Source: Bdellovibrionia bacterium (lineage in GTDB: Bacteria > Bdellovibrionota > UBA1018). Taken from it: a stretch of 13,585 nucleotides of DNA. Both the position numbers and the translations under genes were made by a program. The notes under the pieces were generated by a model that was not told the DNA's origin, did no database searches, and was given only the letters and a program-made list of their open reading frames with translations. Location of the stretch: positions 1-13,585 of the forward strand of contig JBMSSC010000073.1 in NCBI GenBank assembly GCA_049424145.1, read 5' to 3'. The number at the start of each line of letters is the position of its first letter. Positions within the stretch are counted from its first letter, which is position 1. Of this stretch, positions 1-6,078 are shown in pieces.

Positions 1-1
1 G

Positions 2-430
2 GCAGACGACTGGAAGGGGAGTCCCGAGGAGAGCGTCTTAAGTGTGGGCGGGTTAGCGGGCCTAGGGATGGTCAACTCCACGACGGGACTGGCCGTTTTA
101 GGAACGGTGAGTAAGAAGATTCTTCCTCAAGGGTTCATTTCGGAGATTACTAATTCAGCTTCGGTTGAAGCCCAAGTGGGACCGGTTTTAGGAGGTCTCG
201 GGGGGGCTGCTTGGATCTACAGTCTTCACCTGCGTTGGGACTTTGAAAAGGATAAAAACTGGACCCTCTACGCATTAGGCGGTCTGGGTGGTGTCACTCA
301 GGGGATCTTATCTTCGGTCACCCCTCGATTTGGGGTTGGGGCCTTTTGGAAAATGTCAGGGCCACTTAATATTCGAGCCGAACTCTCTCATAACCTCATT
401 GCCGTTGGCGTGAACCTGCCGTTTTATTGA
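2..430 (+). CDS. 5'-truncated hypothetical protein, probable small outer-membrane beta-barrel
   Basis: The frame is open from base 2 (ADDWKGSPEESVLSVGGLAG...), so the real start lies upstream of the window, not at GTG 44. It has alternating hydrophobic/Gly beta-strand patterns (WIYSLHLRWDF, TLYALGGLG, PRFGVGAFW, NIRAELS) and an aromatic C-terminus (VGVNLPFY), typical of BAM substrates. Confidence 0.6.
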   Translation, partial: ADDWKGSPEESVLSVGGLAGLGMVNSTTGLAVLGTVSKKILPQGFISEITNSASVEAQVGPVLGGLGGAAWIYSLHLRWDFEKDKNWTLYALGGLGGVTQGILSSVTPRFGVGAFWKMSGPLNIRAELSHNLIAVGVNLPFY

Positions 431-492
431 GACGGATCTGAGCAAACCGACTCATGCCCTCCTCATTTGATTTCGTCGTTTGGGGGAGCTGC

Positions 493-771
493 TTAAAGCA
501 CCATCAAGGCGCCAGGGATCTTCGAGAGCTGCTCGTAGGCATCAATAATGGGATCTGCAGACTGGGCTTGAAGCTCAAGCGTGAAGGAGACGTGCTTTTG
601 GTGAGCACTTTCCGCTTTTGACTTCAAAATAAACTCAGGGTGATCCTGGGTGAATTGCTGGATCCCGTTGACGAAGGTAGGGGAGTTTTTTCCGATCACT
701 TTAAATGGAAATGAAAGAGGAAACTTCTCACGCTCTAAGAGTTCTTTGAGCTGGGTGTAACGGGTCATCAT
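493..771 (-). CDS. YbeD/DUF493-family ACT-like small protein
   Basis: 92 aa with family hallmarks: FPxxFPFKVIG, S-x-x-x-K-H/Y-V-S-x-T, 'AYEQLSKIPGALMVL' C-terminus. Confidence 0.85.
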   Translation of the reverse strand: MMTRYTQLKELLEREKFPLSFPFKVIGKNSPTFVNGIQQFTQDHPEFILKSKAESAHQKHVSFTLELQAQSADPIIDAYEQLSKIPGALMVL

Positions 772-829
772 GGGGCTCGACTTCTGGTCCCCGGAATATC
801 AGGGGTTGCATGGAAATAAATCATGGCTC

Positions 830-1816
830 TCATTTTTGGTTCTTTTTTTTGGCGGTGCCCTGACGCGCTTTTTTCACACCCTCTTCAGAGCGGTGAAAGG
901 CCACATAGGCTCCTCCAATGAGGCCTGAGTGGTTTTTTAACTTGGAAACAACGAGTTTTGGCATCGGATTAGTCTTCAGCTCTCGCTCCATGAGGCGCTT
1001 TAAGTGGGCCTTTGCGTGCGGGAGAAATAAAGGGGCTGCCTGAGCAAAGCTGCCGGCAAAGATAAAAATTTCAGGGCAATAGATCTTAGTGTAACTGTAG
1101 AGGGCGACAGCCAGGACTTCGGAGTACTCCTCAAAAGCAGCCAGCGCTCTTGGGTCGTGGCGCTTGGCTAAATCCACGATGTCCTTGGCAGTGAGGTCGG
1201 ATCGTCCCAAGCGCTGCTGAGCGCGTCGGCCAAAGTTTCTGCCCGAGAGGTAGGCTTCGGCACATCCCAGGTTTCCACAACCACAGGGTGCTGAGAGATC
1301 CTGAAAGTGAAGGATGATATGACCTGCTTCCGTGTGGCGGTGTTTGCCCGCACGAGCCAGTTCACCATTGCAGAGGATGCCCGTTCCCAATCCCGTGCCC
1401 AGCGTCAAAATCATGGCATCCTGATGATTGCGAGCTGAGCCCACCCAATGCTCGGCTAAAATGGCGGCCGCAGCGTCGTTTTCTAAAAAAACTGGAATCT
1501 TTAACTGCTTGCTCAAGATCTGAGTCAGGGGCACTTTGCCCCAGGTGCCCTGGGGGCCTGCAAAGTTCGTGGGGTCTAAGAGAAGCCCTTTGACCGGATC
1601 CAGGGGCCCAGCCGAAGCGATCCCCGCCCTTTGGACCGTGGGGTGCTTTTTGATGAGCTCTTTGCCCCAGTGAGTCAATTGTTGAATCACGGCTTGTTTG
1701 CCTTGTTCCATGAGAACAGGAACTTGGATGGACTCTAAGACTTCTCCGCGCCGGTTGACGATACCCACGGCCAGTTTCGTTCCGCCAAGATCATAAGAGA
1801 GGACTTTCTGAGTCAT
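830..1816 (-). CDS. ROK-family sugar kinase (glucokinase-like)
   Basis: N-terminal DLGGTK phosphate loop, ENDAAAA, TLGTGLGTG, EAGH, and zinc motif CGCGNLGCAE. No N-terminal HTH, so a kinase rather than a repressor. Basic C-terminal tail. Confidence 0.93.
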   Translation of the reverse strand: MTQKVLSYDLGGTKLAVGIVNRRGEVLESIQVPVLMEQGKQAVIQQLTHWGKELIKKHPTVQRAGIASAGPLDPVKGLLLDPTNFAGPQGTWGKVPLTQILSKQLKIPVFLENDAAAAILAEHWVGSARNHQDAMILTLGTGLGTGILCNGELARAGKHRHTEAGHIILHFQDLSAPCGCGNLGCAEAYLSGRNFGRRAQQRLGRSDLTAKDIVDLAKRHDPRALAAFEEYSEVLAVALYSYTKIYCPEIFIFAGSFAQAAPLFLPHAKAHLKRLMERELKTNPMPKLVVSKLKNHSGLIGGAYVAFHRSEEGVKKARQGTAKKKNQK

Positions 1817-1827
1817 GCCTAAGGATG

Positions 1828-1833
1828 TAGCAT
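1828..1833 (+). promoter_or_regulatory. Putative -10 box (TAGCAT) 6 nt before the ftsK ATG
   Basis: TANNNT-N6-ATG inside a 23-bp divergent spacer, with no SD immediately upstream of the ATG. Confidence 0.4.
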
Positions 1834-1839
1834 AGAGAC

Positions 1840-4362
1840 ATGGGAAATCGAAAAAATATTGGTGTGGAAATAGGAAGTATTCTTATTTTTGCTCTGGGGG
1901 TATTTGTGTTTTTCTCGCTCGTGAGCTTTCACGAGAGTGACCCAGGGTTTTGGATTAAAACCGCAGGGTTGGCTAAGAACGCTTGCGGCAGGATCGGAGC
2001 GAGCCTAGCGCGGGGGATTTTCAGTGTGCTCGGGATGGGGGCCTTTTTGATTCCCATGGCCCTGTTTTTGAGTTCTGCTGCAATTCATCGAAAGCAGAAA
2101 CCCACGGAGCTTCTGCTCACCCTAGGAGGTCTGAGTAGTGCAGTGGTCTCCCTAACGGTTTTCCTCTCGCTTCAATGGAGTCATTGGTTGTTTGGGGGGG
2201 CACAGCTCAGTACCGGGGGAAAACTTGGGGATTGGATCAGTCACAGCTTAAGCAGTCAATTGAACTCCGTGGGAGCCTCCCTGGTGGCGCTTTTGATTTT
2301 TCTTTTGGCCGTGTCTCTTTCCACTTCGATTCAGATTTCGGATCTGGGAGCCCGAGTGATTTCTTGGGTCATGAATTTGCTCCTCCACGCAGGCCGAGCG
2401 ATGGGGAGAGCGCTGATGAGTCTGGGACTAAAACTGGTGACCCCGATCGTTGACGGAGTGAAAACTCGAGTTCAAAGCGTCACTCAATCGGTAAACCAGT
2501 TTTTTAGGCGTTCTTTTTTCGATCTATTTCAGTCCTCTTTGTGGAGGAAATCAAATGGTCCTCTGCCACCGCAAGTGGGGGGATTCCTTGAGGACTCCTT
2601 GGGAAGTGATGCGGCGTTAAAAAAACCGGAGGGGATCGAAGGAGGCGATTTGTTTTCCTCGGCCTCCCCTGAGGTTTTGGGCTCTGCTCAGGCTCCAACT
2701 CAGATCACTTCGGCTCTAAGCCTCAAAGAGCAAGAGGTCACTGGCGGAACGGGGATTCAGATCCTTCCTCGCTCTAAAGAGCTTCACTCCAGTGCATCGC
2801 CCACTCAGAGAGCTTCCAAGCCGATCTTTCGGCCTAAGACGGGGCAATGGAAGCTCCCCACGGTGGAGTTTTTAAAAAAACCTCCTCATGTGGAGTCTTC
2901 GGTCGACCGAGCCCGACTCATTTCCAACTCTCAGATCTTAAAGCAAAAGTTTGCTGACTTCGGGATTGATGGGGAAGTCACAGCCGTGAGACCGGGTCCC
3001 GTGATCACGCTCTATGAGTTTAAGCCTGGCCCTGGGGTGAAGGTCTCCCGCATTGCCGCATTAGCCGATGACCTCTCCATGGCGTTATCTGCTCAAAGCG
3101 TGCGCATCTTGGCTCCTTTGCCTGGAAAATCGGTGGTGGGTATTGAGATCCCAAGCGACGTGAGAGAAACCGTCTACCTCCGGGAATTTTTGCAGCACCC
3201 CGATTTTTACGGACCCAAGCACTCCATTCCCGTGGTCATGGGGAAAGATATTGGTGGTCAAACCTACCTTTCTGATTTGGCCCGCATGCCCCATCTCCTG
3301 TGCGCCGGTCAAACCGGATCAGGAAAATCAGTGTTTATGAATGGCTTGATCTGCTCGTTGTTTTATCGCTTTACGCCCGATGAGCTGCGAATGATTTTAG
3401 TGGATCCCAAATTCATTGAGTTTCGGGCTTATCAGGACATGCCTCACCTGCTGTTGCCCGTGGTCGATGACCCAAAGCAAGCCAACACAGCCCTAAAGTG
3501 GGCCGTGCGTGAAATGGACCGAAGGTATCGCATCTTGGCTAAGGTGGGTGCTCGAAACCTGGCCGCGTTTAATCAAAAAATCGAAGAAATGGGCGCCTCC
3601 GTCGTGGCTGATTTGCTCAACGCTCAGGAGTCTGAAAACGAGAGTTCCCTGGCCTCTGTATCCGGTCGGGATTGGATCGAAGCCTTTGAGCCCGACGATC
3701 AAGGAGCTCCTAAGGTTGGAAAACTCCCCTACATTGTCATTATCATTGACGAGTTGGCTGATTTAATGATGCTGGCTAAAAAAGAGGTGGAAATTTCCAT
3801 TGCTCGGATTGCTCAAAAAGCAAGAGCAGCCGGAATTCACCTCATCATCGCAACGCAAAGGCCTTCCACCGATGTGGTCACCGGGCTGATTATAGCGAAG
3901 TTGCCATCTCGCGTTTCGTTTCAGTTGGCCAGTTTCGTTGATTCCAAAACCATCTTGGATCGAGCCGGTGCGGAGCGACTTTTGGGGCAAGGCGATATGC
4001 TCTTTGTTCCTCCCGGAGTCTCTCAGACGCTCAGGCTTCATGGGGCCTTCTTAGAGGATGAGGAGATTAATAAGATTACCTCCTTTCTTAAGTCTCAAGG
4101 TAAGCCTGTCTATCGGGATGAGATTCTTTTGTCCGATGATGAGGAAGAGGGGCAGGATGCTCAAGACGCTGAGGCGGAGGATGAATTGTTTCGAGATGCC
4201 ATTGAGGTGGTTAAAACCTCAGGTCATGCCTCGGCTAGTTTTCTGCAGCGGCATTTTAAGATCGGTTACAATCGAGCCGCAAGAATGATAGAAACCATGG
4301 AGTCGCGTGGAATTGTGGGACCCCAAGATGGCGCGCGGCCCAGAGAAATTTTCATTAGGTAG
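1840..4362 (+). CDS. ftsK: DNA translocase FtsK/SpoIIIE
   Basis: N-terminal multi-TM domain (NACGRIGA motif), low-complexity linker, alpha domain (GPVITLYE...PGPGVKVSRI), Walker A GQTGSGKS, LVDPK, Walker B IIIDELADLMM, ATQRPS, GAERLLGQGDML, gamma domain (SASFLQRHFKIGYNRAARMIE). Confidence 0.98.
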   Translation: MGNRKNIGVEIGSILIFALGVFVFFSLVSFHESDPGFWIKTAGLAKNACGRIGASLARGIFSVLGMGAFLIPMALFLSSAAIHRKQKPTELLLTLGGLSSAVVSLTVFLSLQWSHWLFGGAQLSTGGKLGDWISHSLSSQLNSVGASLVALLIFLLAVSLSTSIQISDLGARVISWVMNLLLHAGRAMGRALMSLGLKLVTPIVDGVKTRVQSVTQSVNQFFRRSFFDLFQSSLWRKSNGPLPPQVGGFLEDSLGSDAALKKPEGIEGGDLFSSASPEVLGSAQAPTQITSALSLKEQEVTGGTGIQILPRSKELHSSASPTQRASKPIFRPKTGQWKLPTVEFLKKPPHVESSVDRARLISNSQILKQKFADFGIDGEVTAVRPGPVITLYEFKPGPGVKVSRIAALADDLSMALSAQSVRILAPLPGKSVVGIEIPSDVRETVYLREFLQHPDFYGPKHSIPVVMGKDIGGQTYLSDLARMPHLLCAGQTGSGKSVFMNGLICSLFYRFTPDELRMILVDPKFIEFRAYQDMPHLLLPVVDDPKQANTALKWAVREMDRRYRILAKVGARNLAAFNQKIEEMGASVVADLLNAQESENESSLASVSGRDWIEAFEPDDQGAPKVGKLPYIVIIIDELADLMMLAKKEVEISIARIAQKARAAGIHLIIATQRPSTDVVTGLIIAKLPSRVSFQLASFVDSKTILDRAGAERLLGQGDMLFVPPGVSQTLRLHGAFLEDEEINKITSFLKSQGKPVYRDEILLSDDEEEGQDAQDAEAEDELFRDAIEVVKTSGHASASFLQRHFKIGYNRAARMIETMESRGIVGPQDGARPREIFIR

Positions 4363-4367
4363 GCCCT

Positions 4368-4664
4368 ATGCAAACCAACATTCATCGAGTTGTAGGAATC
4401 ATGAGCTTAGTCCTCACTTTGCCGGTGGCCTTTGCCGATGACGCGGTGGGAGAAAAAAAATCGGAGCCAGTGATCGGGGGGGAGAAAGCCCCTTTGACTC
4501 GCCGCGCTCCTCCCGGGGATGCGGGTCATTTAAAAAGTCAAAGGAGTACAGCACGTGAAAAAGAAGCCGAAGGAACGCACGCTCCCAACCGCTTTGATTC
4601 CGACACCTTCATCAAAAGTCGATACGAGTACAACGGACAGTCCCTCGAAGTGGATACGGATTGA
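4368..4664 (+). CDS. Small hypothetical exported protein
   Basis: Starts 5 nt after the ftsK stop. Signal-peptide-like N-terminus (MQTNIHRVVGIMSLVLTLPVAFA-DD) followed by a hydrophilic mature region. The 3' end overlaps the next ORF. Confidence 0.65.
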   Translation: MQTNIHRVVGIMSLVLTLPVAFADDAVGEKKSEPVIGGEKAPLTRRAPPGDAGHLKSQRSTAREKEAEGTHAPNRFDSDTFIKSRYEYNGQSLEVDTD

Positions 4665-5997
4665 GCGCCCGTTTCCGCTTCCCTCCTATGTAAAAGATGC
4701 ACTCTACCGTCTGAGTAACGCAGGACATCTTGCGTATTTAGTTGGGGGCAGTGTTCGGGACTTTCTCTTAGGGCATGAAGTGAAGGATCATGACATTGCC
4801 ACCAGTGCTCATCCCAATGAGCTTTGTCAGCTATTTCCCAATGCCATTGAAGTGGGAAAAGCCTTTGGCGTGATCAAGGTCCCCACAGGAACCTATCCGC
4901 CCCTTTTGGAGATCGCAACGTTTAGGCAGGACCTCGATTATCAAGATTTTCGAAGACCCAAGGGTGTGGTTTTCTCAGGCCCTGCTCAGGACGCACTTCG
5001 TCGAGACTTCACCATTAATGCGCTTTTTTTTGACCCCAAGACGTCTCGAATTCTTGATTTCACCTCCGGGGTCGAGGATCTGAAGAATAAAAAAATTCGA
5101 GCCATTGGAAGCCCCTCAGAGCGATTGAAGGAGGACGCCTTAAGGTTGCTCAGAGCCGTTCGCTTTAAAACGCGATTGGGTTTTCAGATTGAGGCAAAAA
5201 CTGCTGAGGCCATTCGTTTGCGAGCAAAGCTCATCACGAAGGTGAGCGCCGAGCGCATCCGAGACGAGCTCACCCTGATGTGGAGAGGGCCTAATCCCGG
5301 GGTTGCCTTAGAGATGCTCTCTGAGTTTGGGTTATTAGGGTTGCTTTTGCCCGAGTTAGAAGCCTTGCGTGGGGTTCCTCAGATCCCATCCTCCCATCGA
5401 CATGAGACTCTTTGGGATCATGAGTTGCGTATGCTGCGAGTTCTGGCTGAGCAAACGCCTGAGCGGTCTCAAGCGCTGGCCTGGGCTGCAATCCTCCATG
5501 ATGTCGGAAAGCCTGAGGCCCTTCGTTTAACGCATGGGAAAAACTTTAACGGCCACGAGCAGGAGAGTGTGAAGCTGATCCGAAAAATCACCGAGCGCTT
5601 AAGAATGTCTCGCGCTGATTCTGAACTGATTTCCGACCTAGTCGAAGAGCTAACTCAGTTTAAAGAAGTTTTTCAGATGCGAGAATCCACACTGCAGCGC
5701 TTCATTAGACGCCCTTATTTTGAAGAGCTTCTAGCTCTTTATAAAGCCGATGCTGTGGCTACAGACGGAAACCTAGCCTTCTATGAGTTTGCTTTCAGCC
5801 GATTTGAGGCGTTTCGGCAAACCCCTCATCTTCAGAGTCCTAAGCTGATTGATGGCCATGATTTACTTCAGTTGGGTTTTCAACCCGGACCCGAGTTCTC
5901 AGAAATTCTTCGCGTTCTGGAGGACCTGGTGTTTGAGAAAAAAATTTCAACCAAAGAAGAGGCTTTAGATTACGTCATTTCTCACTGGGCGAAATAG
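4555..5997 (+). CDS. cca: CCA tRNA nucleotidyltransferase (class II) with HD-like domain
   Basis: Motif A GGSVRD...KDHDIAT, flexible loop TFRQDLDYQDFRRP, motif B RRDFTINA, motif D EDALR, SAERIRDEL, HD region (WDH...LHDVGKP...GHE), C-terminal LIDGHDL..LG..PGP. SD AAGGAG (4541-4546) lies 8 nt before GTG 4555. Confidence 0.93.
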   Translation: MKKKPKERTLPTALIPTPSSKVDTSTTDSPSKWIRIERPFPLPSYVKDALYRLSNAGHLAYLVGGSVRDFLLGHEVKDHDIATSAHPNELCQLFPNAIEVGKAFGVIKVPTGTYPPLLEIATFRQDLDYQDFRRPKGVVFSGPAQDALRRDFTINALFFDPKTSRILDFTSGVEDLKNKKIRAIGSPSERLKEDALRLLRAVRFKTRLGFQIEAKTAEAIRLRAKLITKVSAERIRDELTLMWRGPNPGVALEMLSEFGLLGLLLPELEALRGVPQIPSSHRHETLWDHELRMLRVLAEQTPERSQALAWAAILHDVGKPEALRLTHGKNFNGHEQESVKLIRKITERLRMSRADSELISDLVEELTQFKEVFQMRESTLQRFIRRPYFEELLALYKADAVATDGNLAFYEFAFSRFEAFRQTPHLQSPKLIDGHDLLQLGFQPGPEFSEILRVLEDLVFEKKISTKEEALDYVISHWAK

Positions 5998-6066
5998 AGA
6001 CTCTTTTCATATTAAGATCATGCAAATCCTTATAAAAAATGGTTTATCACAGTTCATTTTCTAGGC

Positions 6067-6072
6067 TACAGT
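6067..6072 (+). promoter_or_regulatory. Putative -10 box (TACAGT) 6 nt before ATG 6079, in an AT-rich intergenic region
   Basis: TANNNT-N6-ATG, no SD, AT-rich upstream sequence at 5998-6066. Confidence 0.35.
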
Positions 6073-6078
6073 CATGAG

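Noticed and set aside
431..492. Bidirectional terminator between the convergent genes
   Set aside because: Only a weak bulged inverted repeat with a long loop and no U-tract.
4555..5997. Poly(A) polymerase (pcnB) or split CC-/A-adding enzyme
   Set aside because: It lacks the PAP G(R/K)RF signature (has VGKAFG), retains the flexible loop and EDxxR template, and has an HD-like region. This fits a complete CCA enzyme best.
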